DNA of 64,000 bases from Burkholderiaceae bacterium (GTDB lineage: Bacteria > Pseudomonadota > Gammaproteobacteria > Burkholderiales > Burkholderiaceae_E), in assembly GCA_047601745.1 (NCBI GenBank), contig JASGIS010000001.1, positions 3,910,086-3,974,085 on the forward strand, written 5' to 3'. Numbering within the stretch: position 1 is the stretch's first letter; every line of letters starts with the position of its first letter. Shown here one piece after another: positions 11,886-21,391 of this stretch. The notes below the pieces were generated by a model. It saw only the letters and a program-made list of their open reading frames with translations, ran no database searches and had not been told where the DNA came from. Made by a program: the position numbers and the translations under genes.

Positions 11886-12212
11886 ATGATGAAGAACCAG
11901 CTCGCCGGCCTGATGAAGCAGGCTCAGCAGATGCAGGACAACATGAAGAAGATGCAGGAACAGCTGGCGATGGTCGAGGTCGAGGGCCAGTCCGGCGCCG
12001 GCCTCGTCAAGGTCGTGCTGACCTGCCGCAACGAGGTCAAGCGGATCGCGATCGATCCGTCGCTGCTCGGCGACGACAAGGACATGCTCGAGGATCTGGT
12101 CGTGGCCGCGCTCAACGACGGCCTGCGCCGCGCCGAGCAGACCGCGTCCGAGAAGATGGGATCGGTCACGGCCGGCCTGCCGTTGCCTCCCGGCTTCAAG
12201 CTGCCGTTCTGA
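11886..12212 (+). CDS. ybaB: Nucleoid-associated protein YbaB/EbfC
   Basis: [27 protein letters not shown]...; canonical position between dnaX and recR. Confidence 0.9.
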   Translation: MMKNQLAGLMKQAQQMQDNMKKMQEQLAMVEVEGQSGAGLVKVVLTCRNEVKRIAIDPSLLGDDKDMLEDLVVAALNDGLRRAEQTASEKMGSVTAGLPLPPGFKLPF

Positions 12213-12234
12213 TCGGCGGGGCGGAACGCGCACC

Positions 12235-12849
12235 GTGTCCGCGATCAAGCCGCCCGCCGCGCTCGACGCGCTGGTCGCCGCCTTTCGGCGGCTGCCCGGC
12301 GTCGGGCAGAAGTCGGCGCAGCGCTATGCCTATCATTTCCTGCAGCGCGACCGCGACGGGGCGGCGCAGCTCGAGCGCGCGCTGTCGGAGGCGCTCGTCC
12401 ACATCCGGCACTGCGAGCGCTGCAATACGTTCACCGATCAGCCGATCTGCGAGACCTGCCTGTCACCGCGTCGCGACCCGGGTTTGCTATGCGTGGTCGA
12501 GACGCCGGCCGATCAGTTGATGCTCGAGCAGACGCTGTCGTTCACCGGCCTGTACTTCGTGCTGATGGGCCGGCTGTCGCCGCTCGACGGCATCGGACCG
12601 AACGAGATCCACTTCGAGCGCCTGCTCGCGCGCGCCGCCGACCCGGCCGTGCGCGAGGTCATCCTGGCCACCAATTTCACGCAGGAAGGCGAGGCGACCG
12701 CCCATTACCTCGGCGAGATGCTGCGCGCCCGGGGCATCAAGGTGTCGCGGCTGGCCGGCGGCGTGCCGATCGGCAGCGAACTCGAATACGTCGACGGCAG
12801 TACGATCGCGCAGGCCTTGCGTGATCGCCGCTCGCTGTCCGACGGTTGA
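12235..12849 (+). CDS. recR: Recombination protein RecR
   Basis: [15 protein letters not shown] helix-hairpin-helix, C4 zinc finger CERCNTF...CETC, and Toprim domain. GTG start. Confidence 0.9.
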   Translation: MSAIKPPAALDALVAAFRRLPGVGQKSAQRYAYHFLQRDRDGAAQLERALSEALVHIRHCERCNTFTDQPICETCLSPRRDPGLLCVVETPADQLMLEQTLSFTGLYFVLMGRLSPLDGIGPNEIHFERLLARAADPAVREVILATNFTQEGEATAHYLGEMLRARGIKVSRLAGGVPIGSELEYVDGSTIAQALRDRRSLSDG

Positions 12850-12865
12850 GGGCGTTCGCGGTTCA

Positions 12866-12905
12866 CGGATTACGGATTACGGATTACGGATTACGGATTA
12901 CGGAT
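12866..12905. repeat. Heptanucleotide SSR (CGGATTA), 5 perfect copies plus 1 imperfect. Intergenic.
   Basis: Read directly. Lies between the convergent 3' ends of recR and the FAD oxidoreductase gene. Confidence 0.95.
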
Positions 12906-12907
12906 CC

Positions 12908-12961
12908 GTGGCAGTGGCAGTGGCAGTGGCAGTGGCTGTGGCTGTGGCTGTGGCTGTGGCC
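12908..12961. repeat. Hexanucleotide SSR: (GTGGCA)4 (GTGGCT)4 GTGGCC. Intergenic.
   Basis: Read directly. Confidence 0.95.
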
Positions 12962-12992
12962 GTAGTTGCGGCCGCGGCGCAGCGGCTCGGAC

Positions 12993-14144
12993 TCAGACGA
13001 TCAATCGCTCGCGTTCGCGATCGCGGCCATCGCCGTCGGCGTCGAAGCGGTCCGGCGACAGCGACGAGACGTCGATGAACGGCGCCTCGCCGCAGGCCAG
13101 TTGCGCGATGATCCGGCCGATCGCCGCCGCCTGCTGCACGCCGTGCCCCGAGAATCCGCAGGCATCGAGCCAGCCCGGTGCCCGCGCGGTCGGACCGACC
13201 AGCGGCTGGTGGTCGGGCGTGACCTCGTAGTAGCCCCACCAGCTCGCCTTGCGATCGAGTCCGATCGAGTCGAACCAGGGGAACCGGTCGAGCAGCGGCT
13301 CGATCGTCGCGTCGAGCCACGACCAGTCGACGCCTTCGGAGAAACCGATTTCGGCGGGGTCGCTGCGCCCGAACAGCAGGCGTTGCCGTTCGGATCGGAA
13401 CCACGCTCCGCTGGCGACGTCGACCGTCAACGGATGGCGGTGCGGCGTCGCCAGCGGGCCGCTGCAGAAGACCATGCGGCGGGCCGGTTGCACGGGCACG
13501 GCGAGACCCGCCATCCGCCCCGTTTCGCCGGACCATGCCCCGCAGGCATTGACCAGCCATCGGCCGATGTGTTCATGGTCGCCGGCGCGGACCCGCCAGC
13601 GTTCGCGCCCGTCGTCGTCGAGCCGGCTGATCGCGTCGACGCGGCGATCCAGATGCAGCACGGCGCCGGCTTCACGCGCGCGCCGCGCGTAGGTCATCGT
13701 GATGCCGTGCGGATCGACGACGCCGTCGGTCGGACAGAAGGTCGCGCCCGCGAGGTCGTCGATGCGGCTGCGGACGATCGACCGCGAGGCCTCGGGCGTC
13801 AGGATCCGGACGTCATGGCCGAGCCGCTGCTGCAGTCGCGCGCCGTCCCGATGCGCGGGCCACGCGTCCGCCGGAACGAGAAACAGATAGCCGATCGGAT
13901 CATAAGCGGCGGCGGGCATCGTCGCGTACTCGGCGATGCTGGCCGCCGACAACGCGATGTTGGTGGCGTCCGAGAACTGCACGCGCACGCCGGCGGCGCT
14001 GCGAGCCGTCGATCCGGTGGCCGCCGCGTTCTCGCGTTCGAGCCAGCGCACGCTTAGTCCGCGTTCGGCCAGCCGGCACGCGCAGGCGGCGCCGATGATG
14101 CCGGCGCCGATGACGATCACGTCGTCGACGGTCGCCGGATTCAT
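12993..14144 (-). CDS. FAD-dependent oxidoreductase, DAO (D-amino-acid / amine oxidase-like) family
   Basis: MNPATVDDVIVIGAGIIGAACACRLAERG dinucleotide-binding fold. The start ATG overlaps the upstream stop (ATGA). Confidence 0.8.
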   Translation of the reverse strand: MNPATVDDVIVIGAGIIGAACACRLAERGLSVRWLERENAAATGSTARSAAGVRVQFSDATNIALSAASIAEYATMPAAAYDPIGYLFLVPADAWPAHRDGARLQQRLGHDVRILTPEASRSIVRSRIDDLAGATFCPTDGVVDPHGITMTYARRAREAGAVLHLDRRVDAISRLDDDGRERWRVRAGDHEHIGRWLVNACGAWSGETGRMAGLAVPVQPARRMVFCSGPLATPHRHPLTVDVASGAWFRSERQRLLFGRSDPAEIGFSEGVDWSWLDATIEPLLDRFPWFDSIGLDRKASWWGYYEVTPDHQPLVGPTARAPGWLDACGFSGHGVQQAAAIGRIIAQLACGEAPFIDVSSLSPDRFDADGDGRDRERERLIV

Positions 14145-15181
14145 GGCTCCGCGACGAGACGGCAGGCGGCCAGATCCCATAGCGCCTGGCCGACGCTCTT
14201 GAAGACCGTCGGGCGAGGGCGGTCGGACCCCGTGCGGTCGGACCCCGTATGGTCCGCCGGTACCGGCTCGTCGTCGCGCTTGCCGGACGCCCGATCACCG
14301 TCCGCCTGATCGTCGTCCGAGGGATCGTCGTCCGCGGAATCCGCGGGCGGCTCGTCCCGCGGCAGCAGCCGTTCGAGCGGCGTCACCGTGCTCCAGTCGA
14401 CGCCCGCCTGGATCAGGTCGCCGGCCTCGTGGCGCGCGCCGGCCAGATCGTCGACGACGACGCGCGAGCGGTGGACGAGCGAGGCGGGCAGTTCGCACAT
14501 CTGCGGCCGGTAGGCGCCGACGGCGACGACCAGCGCATCGTCGCGGACCCGGTCGGGGATGACCGCGGCGGTGGCGGTCGTCGCCAGTACGATCAGCCGG
14601 TGGCGCGCGACCGCGGCGTCCAGGTCGTCGACGCATCGGGCCCGCCAGCCGCGCGCCAGCGCGAAGGCGACCAGGCGCTCGGCCGACGCCGGCGTGCGCG
14701 ACGCGATCTCGAAGTCCTGCAGCCCGAGCCCTTCGGCCAGCGCCTGCAGATGGATCCGCGCCTGCGCGCCGGCGCCGACGATCAGCGCCGACGGCGGCCG
14801 CGGCGCGAGCAGGTGGATCGTCGCCAGCAGCGACACCGCCGCCGTGCGCCGCGCGGTGACGACCTGGCCATCAATGACGGCCAGGCGCCGGCCGGTGTCC
14901 GCGCGCATCAGCGTGACTTCGCTCTGCACGCTGGGCAGGCCGATCGACGGGTTGCCGGCGTGCACGGTGACGATCTTCGTCGACACGTACTGTCCGTCCG
15001 TCGCGGGCATCGCCAGCAGCACGCCGCCGGCCAGCGGCAGCGCGAGGCGTTCGGGCGAGGTCGTCAGGCCCTCGCGCTTGCGCGCCATCATCCGCGCGAT
15101 CGCGTCGATCAGCGCCGGCCAGGGCAGGCGCCGTTCGGTCGCCTCGGCATCGAACATCGGCGGTGCGGATGCTGCGGTCAT
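14141..15181 (-). CDS. Ornithine cyclodeaminase / mu-crystallin family protein
   Basis: ...STKIVTVHAGN...LIVGAGAQARIHLQAL (Rossmann)...TVFKSVGQALWDLAA. Carries an acidic insertion of about 50 aa before the C-terminal motif. ATGA overlaps at both ends. Confidence 0.8.
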   Translation of the reverse strand: MTAASAPPMFDAEATERRLPWPALIDAIARMMARKREGLTTSPERLALPLAGGVLLAMPATDGQYVSTKIVTVHAGNPSIGLPSVQSEVTLMRADTGRRLAVIDGQVVTARRTAAVSLLATIHLLAPRPPSALIVGAGAQARIHLQALAEGLGLQDFEIASRTPASAERLVAFALARGWRARCVDDLDAAVARHRLIVLATTATAAVIPDRVRDDALVVAVGAYRPQMCELPASLVHRSRVVVDDLAGARHEAGDLIQAGVDWSTVTPLERLLPRDEPPADSADDDPSDDDQADGDRASGKRDDEPVPADHTGSDRTGSDRPRPTVFKSVGQALWDLAACRLVAEP

Positions 15182-16689
15182 CGAGCGACTCCTGGTGTTT
15201 CGGCGTGCGCGAAGCGCTGTTGCCGCGGCGGAGCGGCCGTTTCGCGCTGCCGGTGCGTGCCCAGCGCCCGGCCGTCGTCGGCCAGCGCCCGGTCGATCCG
15301 TGCCGTCGTCGTTCCGGGCGGTAGCGGCTGCGCGCGCAGCCAGTCGGCCAGCAGCCGATGCAGCCGCGGCGCGGCGAAGCGATAAGTGCTGTCGGTGCGC
15401 GCGTACAGCCAGTCGGAGAACGCCATGAACCGCGCGAACGGCGCGTCGCCGAGCAGCCAGGGCAGCGTCTGCGCGAAGCGGCCGGCGTTGGCGACCAGGT
15501 CCCAGTACCGCGCGAAGCGGTTCAGCCGCTGCATGTCGGTGAACGCGATGCGGTCGGTCGCCAGCACGTTGTACGGCGGGTTCGGGTTGAAGCGCAGGCC
15601 GTAGGCCTCGGTATGGCGAATGATCGGCGTGCCGCGCAGCCGCTTGAGCACGCCGACCTGGATCTCGTGCGGCCTCAGCGCCCACAGACGGTCGAAGCCC
15701 GCGGCGAAACCCGGCAGGTCCTCGCCGGGCAGACCGGCGATCAGGTCGACGTGCAGATGCGCGTGCGTCGACTCGCGCAGCCAGCGCAGATTGCTCTGGG
15801 CCTCGTCGTTGTCCTGCCGGCGGCTGATCAGGCGCTGGACCTGCGGATCCCAGGTCTGGATACCGATCTCCAGTTGCAGGCAGCTGGGCGGAAAGGCGGC
15901 CAGCCGGTCGCGCAGCGCGGCCGGCAGATGGTCGGGCACCAGCTCGAAATGCGCGAACACCGGATCGTCGGGAGCGTCGGCGATGCGCGCCAGAAAGAAG
16001 TCGAGGATCGCGACGCTGGTCGCGACCTTCAGGTTGAACGTGCGGTCGATGAACTTGAACCGACGCGCGCCGCGCCGGTACAGCGCGTCGAGTTCGCCGA
16101 GAAAGCGGCCGGTGTCGAACGGCACTGCGGTCCTGTCCAGCGACGACAGGCAGAACTCGCATTTGAACGGGCAGCCGCGCGAGGCCTCGACGTAGAGGTG
16201 GCGGTGGGCGATGTCGTGCGCCGTGTACCACGGGTAAGGCGGGCACAGCGTATCCGGATCGCCGGTTTCGCCGGCGATGCGCTTCATCAGCGGCGGCGGT
16301 CCGTCGAGCAACTGATCGCACAGCTTGCGCAGACTGATCTCGCCCGGCCCGGTGATCAGGAAGTCGGCCAGCGCGACGATCGGCTGGCGCTCCGGCTCGT
16401 GGCTGACTTCGGGGCCGCCGATGACGATCCGCACGTCGGGCGCCAGCGCCTTGAGCACGCCGATCAGCCGTGTCGTTTCGTCGACGTTCCAGATGTAGAC
16501 GCTCAGGCCGATGATCCGCGGCGATTCGGCGAGCAGCGCCTCGGCCATCGACTCGATGCGCGCGCCGGTGACGAATTCGATCAGTCGGGCCTGCGACTGC
16601 CAGCGGCCCAGGTTGGCGAACAGGCAGCGCAGCGCCAGGGAACTGTGTGCATGGCGCGCGTTGATCGTGGCCAGCACGACGGCCGTCAT
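15178..16689 (-). CDS. B12-binding-domain radical SAM protein (DUF4080-type C-terminus)
   Basis: N-terminal cobalamin-binding-like domain ([18 protein letters not shown]), CxxxCxxC cluster [12 protein letters not shown]. 503 aa. Confidence 0.85.
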   Translation of the reverse strand: MTAVVLATINARHAHSSLALRCLFANLGRWQSQARLIEFVTGARIESMAEALLAESPRIIGLSVYIWNVDETTRLIGVLKALAPDVRIVIGGPEVSHEPERQPIVALADFLITGPGEISLRKLCDQLLDGPPPLMKRIAGETGDPDTLCPPYPWYTAHDIAHRHLYVEASRGCPFKCEFCLSSLDRTAVPFDTGRFLGELDALYRRGARRFKFIDRTFNLKVATSVAILDFFLARIADAPDDPVFAHFELVPDHLPAALRDRLAAFPPSCLQLEIGIQTWDPQVQRLISRRQDNDEAQSNLRWLRESTHAHLHVDLIAGLPGEDLPGFAAGFDRLWALRPHEIQVGVLKRLRGTPIIRHTEAYGLRFNPNPPYNVLATDRIAFTDMQRLNRFARYWDLVANAGRFAQTLPWLLGDAPFARFMAFSDWLYARTDSTYRFAAPRLHRLLADWLRAQPLPPGTTTARIDRALADDGRALGTHRQRETAAPPRQQRFAHAETPGVAR

Positions 16690-17756
16690 CGGCCGCCGGA
16701 AACCGCTTGCGCGGCCGGTTCGCGCGGTGGCGGAGAAGCGCCGCGCAGTGCGCGCGCGACCCGTCCGACCAGTTGCGGGCCTTCGTAGATCAGGCCGGTA
16801 TACAACTGCACGAGCGTGGCGCCGGCCGCCAGCTTGGCCTTCGCGTCGCCGGCCGACGCGATGCCGCCGACGCCGATGATCGGGAACTGCGCGGGCAGGT
16901 TCGCGCGCAGCGCGCGGATCACGCGGTTGGACGCCTCGAACACCGGGCGTCCGGACAGGCCGCCGGTCTCGTCGGCGTGCGGCAGGCCGGCCACGGCCTC
17001 GCGCGAGACCGTCGTGTTCGTCGCGATCACGCCGTCGATCCCGTGCCGCACGAGCAGCTCGGCGATCGTGCGGATCTGTTCGTCGTCCAGGTCGGGCGCG
17101 ATCTTGAGCACCAGCGGCACGTAGCGCCGGTGTTCGTCGGCCAGCCGCTGCTGGCGCTCGCGCAGCGCGGCGAGCATCCGCGTCAGTTCGTCGGCGCCCT
17201 GCAACTGGCGCAGGTTCGTCGTGTTCGGCGACGAGATGTTGACCGTCACGTAACCGGCGTGCGGATAGACCTTGTCAAGGCAGAACAGGTAATCGTCGAC
17301 CGCGCGTTCGATCGGCGTCGTCGCGTTCTTGCCGATGTTCAGGCCCAGCACGCCGTCATAGCGCGCGCGGCCCAGGTTGGCCAGCAGGTGGTCGACCCCG
17401 TGATTGTTGAAGCCCATCCGGTTGATCAGCGCGCCGGCCTGCACGAGCCGGAACATCCGCGGCTTCGGGTTGCCGGGCTGCGGCTTGGGCGTCACCGTGC
17501 CGACCTCGATGAAGCCGAAGCCCATCGCCGCCAGGCCGTCGACGTGCGCGCCGTTCTTGTCGAGTCCGGCGGCCAGCCCGACGCGATTGCGGAACCGCAA
17601 TCCCATCACGGTCACCGGGTCGTCGACCGGGCGGCCGGCCAGCACGCGCAGCGCGCCGGTGCGCGCCATCATGTCGATGTTGGCCAGCGTCAGTTCATGC
17701 GCGGCTTCGGGGTCCAGGCCGAACAGCAGGGGCCTGGCGAACAGATAAGGATTCAT
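16686..17756 (-). CDS. pyrD: Dihydroorotate dehydrogenase (quinone), class 2
   Basis: [23 protein letters not shown]...[18 protein letters not shown]...[11 protein letters not shown] at 17756 overlaps the bpt stop. Confidence 0.9.
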   Translation of the reverse strand: MNPYLFARPLLFGLDPEAAHELTLANIDMMARTGALRVLAGRPVDDPVTVMGLRFRNRVGLAAGLDKNGAHVDGLAAMGFGFIEVGTVTPKPQPGNPKPRMFRLVQAGALINRMGFNNHGVDHLLANLGRARYDGVLGLNIGKNATTPIERAVDDYLFCLDKVYPHAGYVTVNISSPNTTNLRQLQGADELTRMLAALRERQQRLADEHRRYVPLVLKIAPDLDDEQIRTIAELLVRHGIDGVIATNTTVSREAVAGLPHADETGGLSGRPVFEASNRVIRALRANLPAQFPIIGVGGIASAGDAKAKLAAGATLVQLYTGLIYEGPQLVGRVARALRGASPPPREPAAQAVSGGR

Positions 17757-18526
17757 CGAAAGCTGATCGGATGTTCGACCTGCGCCGCCGGGATCATCGC
17801 GTCGGTCATCGGTTGCCAGCGGCCGTCGACCAGCACCTCGATCGGGCGAAAGCGGGCCTTGTACGCCATCTTCGGGCTCTGCGCGATCCAGTAGCCCAGA
17901 TACAGATACGGCAGCTTGAGCTGCCGGCACTGCTCGATCTGCCACAGGATGTTGTAGGTGCCGTAGCTGCTGCCTTCGACGCCCGGATCGAAGAACGTGT
18001 AGACCGACGACAGGCCGTCGTTGAGGATGTCGATGATCGACACCATGCGCAGCGTGCCGTCGTCCTCGCGGAACTCGACGAGGCGCGTGTTGATCTTGCT
18101 CTGCAGCAGGAACTGCGCGTACTGGTCGCGGCTGTCCTGATCCATGCCGCCGCCCGCGTGCCGCGTCGACTGATAGGCCAGGTAGAGCTGGTAGTGCTCG
18201 GCGGAGAACCCGAGCCGCGCGACCAGCGTGCGCAGCGGCGCATGGCGCGCGCCGGCCCGCCGCTGGCTGCGGCTGGGCGCGAACTGCGCGACCGGAATCC
18301 GCACCGGCAGGCAGGCCTTGCAGCCGTCGCAGTGCGGACGATAAGTGAACACGCCGCTACGGCGAAAGCCGGCGCGGACCAGTTCGCTGTAGATGTCGGC
18401 GTTGATCAGGTGATTGGGCGTGGCCACCTGGGAACGCGCCTGCAGGCCCGGCAGATAGCTGCACGGGTAGGGCGCCGTCGCATAGAACTGCAGCGTCGAG
18501 AACGGAAGTTCCTTGAGGTGACTCAT
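17753..18526 (-). CDS. bpt: Arginyl-tRNA-protein transferase homologue (bacterial Asp/Glu leucyltransferase Bpt)
   Basis: [27 protein letters not shown]...[18 protein letters not shown]...YLYLGYW. Confidence 0.9.
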   Translation of the reverse strand: MSHLKELPFSTLQFYATAPYPCSYLPGLQARSQVATPNHLINADIYSELVRAGFRRSGVFTYRPHCDGCKACLPVRIPVAQFAPSRSQRRAGARHAPLRTLVARLGFSAEHYQLYLAYQSTRHAGGGMDQDSRDQYAQFLLQSKINTRLVEFREDDGTLRMVSIIDILNDGLSSVYTFFDPGVEGSSYGTYNILWQIEQCRQLKLPYLYLGYWIAQSPKMAYKARFRPIEVLVDGRWQPMTDAMIPAAQVEHPISFR

Positions 18527-19260
18527 ACCTTGGGAAACTCGATCTGGACCGCCGACCAGTCGGGCGGCGGCAGGGCGGTCAATTCGGCGACTTCGGCCAG
18601 AAAGGCCTCACGGCCGATCTCCGCCGCACCGAGCGACGCCAGGTGCCGGGTACGCTGCTGGCAGTCTATCACGCGGAACCCCAGCGACCGGAGCGTCCCG
18701 ACCCATGCGTACAACGCGATCTTCGACGCGTCGGTCACCCGCGCGAACATCGATTCGCCGTAGAACATGCGGCCGATCGACACGCCGTACAACCCGCCGA
18801 TCAACGGCGCGTCCGGACCGTCGTGCTGCCAGACTTCGACCGAGCGGGCGTGCCCGAGCGCGTGCAGCCGTTGATAGGCGTCGGCGATCTCGGCGGTGAT
18901 CCACGTGCCGTCCTGGTCGGGGCGCGGCGCCGCGCATTCGCGCATCACCCGCGCGAAGCAGCGATCCATCGTGATCGTCCAGCCGCCGGGGCGGCTCACG
19001 CGCCGGATCGTCTTGACCATCGATCGCGAGGATTTGAAGCGATCCAGGTACAGCACCATCCGCGGATCGGGCGACCACCACAACACCGGTTCGCCGTCCG
19101 AATACCAGGGAAAGATGCCGCCGCGATACGCTTCGAGCAGCCGGGTAGCCGACAGGTCGTATCCGGCCGCCAGCAGGCCGTTGGGCGAGCGCAGCGCGTA
19201 TCGGGCCGGCGGCAGCGGTTCTGCAGGCGAGATCCATCGCAGGGCCGGAGCGCTGGCCAT
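18523..19260 (-). CDS. aat: Leucyl/phenylalanyl-tRNA-protein transferase
   Basis: ...[30 protein letters not shown]...GESMF. Confidence 0.9.
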   Translation of the reverse strand: MASAPALRWISPAEPLPPARYALRSPNGLLAAGYDLSATRLLEAYRGGIFPWYSDGEPVLWWSPDPRMVLYLDRFKSSRSMVKTIRRVSRPGGWTITMDRCFARVMRECAAPRPDQDGTWITAEIADAYQRLHALGHARSVEVWQHDGPDAPLIGGLYGVSIGRMFYGESMFARVTDASKIALYAWVGTLRSLGFRVIDCQQRTRHLASLGAAEIGREAFLAEVAELTALPPPDWSAVQIEFPKV

Positions 19261-19287
19261 CGCGTCGTGCGGCGCCGCGGGCGGCCG

Positions 19288-19866
19288 TCAGCCGGTCTTG
19301 CGCGCGTCGGTCGCGCCCGGGGCCGTCGTGCGAGGCGTGAAGCGCACCGAATCCGTGTGCATGCGCAGCCGGCCGGCGCGAAGGTCGTCGAAATACCAGC
19401 GCAGCGTCTTGTAGACGGTCTTGAACGCGATCTGCGACCACGGGATCTCGTCCTCGGTGAACAGCCTCGCCTCGAGGCTTTCGGTGCCGGGGACGAAATG
19501 CGGATCGCTGAGCGTGGCCAGGTAGAAGATGTGGACCTGGTCGACCTGCGGGATGTCGATCAGCGAGTACAGCTCGCCGATCTCGATGCGGGCGCCGGCT
19601 TCCTCGTTGGTTTCGCGTTCGGCGCCTTCGGCGCTGGTCTCGCCGTTTTCCAAGAACCCGCCGGGCAGCGTCCAGAAGCCGTAGCGCGGTTCGATCGCGC
19701 GCTTGCACAGCAGCACCTTGTCGCCGCTGACGGTGACGGTGCCGACGACCATCCGGGGATTCTCGTAGTGGATGCTGCCGCAGGCGTCACAGCAGGCGCG
19801 CTGGCGATTGTCGCCGGGCGGGATCTTCAGGGCCACCTCGTGGCCGCAGGCTGGACAGTATTTCAT
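19288..19866 (-). CDS. NUDIX hydrolase with N-terminal zinc ribbon
   Basis: MKYCPACGH...CDACG, plus Nudix box GGFLENGETSAEGAERETNEEAG. Confidence 0.85.
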   Translation of the reverse strand: MKYCPACGHEVALKIPPGDNRQRACCDACGSIHYENPRMVVGTVTVSGDKVLLCKRAIEPRYGFWTLPGGFLENGETSAEGAERETNEEAGARIEIGELYSLIDIPQVDQVHIFYLATLSDPHFVPGTESLEARLFTEDEIPWSQIAFKTVYKTLRWYFDDLRAGRLRMHTDSVRFTPRTTAPGATDARKTG

Positions 19867-19933
19867 GCGTGGTCTTATCGAGACCTGCGCAGTGTAGCGC
19901 AGGCGACGGCCCGGACCACGCGAACGGGGCGAT

Positions 19934-20305
19934 TCAGATCGGTCCCGGCGACAGCAGCCCGGACAGCAGCAGCGACAGCAGGTACGCGGTCGCCAGCGTC
20001 GTCGATGCCCAGATCAGCATGCCGCGGCCCGAGCCGGTCCGCCAGCGCACGAAGCGGCTGACGGCCTCGCCGACCAGGATCGGCACGATCAGCGTGGCCA
20101 GCAGGCCCAGCGCGCCGGTTCCCCATTCGGCGATCGCCAGTGACCACGACGGCGCGCGCATCGGCCAGCGCGCGCCGCCCGGCTCGATGATCAGCAGCCC
20201 GAGCATCGCCAGGCTGGCCAGCGCCAGGCACGTCGAGAAGATCGAAAAGCGCCGGGCCGTGCGGCGGGCCGTCGACGTTTCGAGGCTGGTGATCGTGGCG
20301 CTCAT
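19934..20305 (-). CDS. Small hypothetical membrane protein (3-4 TM)
   Basis: MSATITSLETST...FSIFSTCLALASLAMLGLLII... Hydrophobic profile only. Start chosen at the internal ATG. Confidence 0.5.
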   Translation of the reverse strand: MSATITSLETSTARRTARRFSIFSTCLALASLAMLGLLIIEPGGARWPMRAPSWSLAIAEWGTGALGLLATLIVPILVGEAVSRFVRWRTGSGRGMLIWASTTLATAYLLSLLLSGLLSPGPI

Positions 20306-20453
20306 GATCGTTCGGCTCCGTGGTTGACGTGCAGGGCTCGCGATGATTATCGAAGGGCCGTTTCCCGACGGGTGGCGTTCCCGGCCGCTTTCGCGTGTAG
20401 GACGATCGCTACAATGCGTATCGCACGCCCCACGGCCAGGAGACATCGACATC

Positions 20454-21185
20454 ATGAAGCAAAGCGACGACATGCGTGGTCAATCCGGCATCCCCAAAAT
20501 GAGGGTCATCGCGTTCGACGTGTTCGGCACCGTCGTCGACTGGCACGGCACGATCCGGCGCGAGATCGATGCGATGGCGCTGGGCGTCGACGGCGACGAG
20601 TTCGCGCTGGCCTGGCGTGCCGGCTACGCACCGGCGATGGCGCGAGTGATGAGCGGCGAACTGGGCTGGACGCGCATCGACGCGCTGCACCGGATGATCC
20701 TGGACGAGCTGATCGACCGCTATCGGTTGACCGGGCTCGACGAGGAGCGGCGGCGCGAGCTGAACAAGGTCTGGCACCGCCTCGATCCGTGGCCCGACGC
20801 CGTCGCCGGCCTGGCGCGGCTGCGCGAGCACTACATCGTCTGTTCGCTGTCCAACGGCAACATCGGCCTGCTGGCCGACATGGCCAAACATGCGCGGCTG
20901 CCGTGGGACGTGATCCTGTCGGCCGAGGTCTTCCGCAAGTACAAGCCCGATCCGGCCACGTACCTGGGCGTCGCCGACGTGTTCGACGTGCCGCCCGAGC
21001 AGGTGATGCTGGCGGCGGCTCATCATAGCGACCTGGCCGGCGCCCGCGCCTGCGGCCTGGCCACCGCGTACATCGAGCGTCCGCTCGAGTTCGGCGCGGC
21101 CCGGCCCAAGGACGTCTCGCCCCGGCCCGACAACATGCTGCATGCGCGGGACATCGGGCACCTGGCCACGCTGATGGGCTGTTGA
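20454..21185 (+). CDS. Haloacid dehalogenase type II / HAD-superfamily hydrolase
   Basis: HAD motif I FDVFGTVVDW, SNG motif CSLSNGN, KPD motif YKPDP. Start uncertain (20454, 20472 or 20499). Confidence 0.8.
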   Translation: MKQSDDMRGQSGIPKMRVIAFDVFGTVVDWHGTIRREIDAMALGVDGDEFALAWRAGYAPAMARVMSGELGWTRIDALHRMILDELIDRYRLTGLDEERRRELNKVWHRLDPWPDAVAGLARLREHYIVCSLSNGNIGLLADMAKHARLPWDVILSAEVFRKYKPDPATYLGVADVFDVPPEQVMLAAAHHSDLAGARACGLATAYIERPLEFGAARPKDVSPRPDNMLHARDIGHLATLMGC

Positions 21186-21391
21186 CGCGCGGTCCGCTGT
21201 GGCGATTTTCCCAATCCTTATGTCCTGACCTACCGCCCGGCCGTCTGGCCGCCGGGAGGCGGTCGCCGGGGCTCCAGTACAAAGGGCGATAGTCATCAGC
21301 CCGCGATGGTCGTTCGCGCGTTCCGGATTCGCAGGGACGGCGGCCGTCGTGTCGTCGGATTTTCGTCGGATCGCTCCGACAGAGAGCCTCC

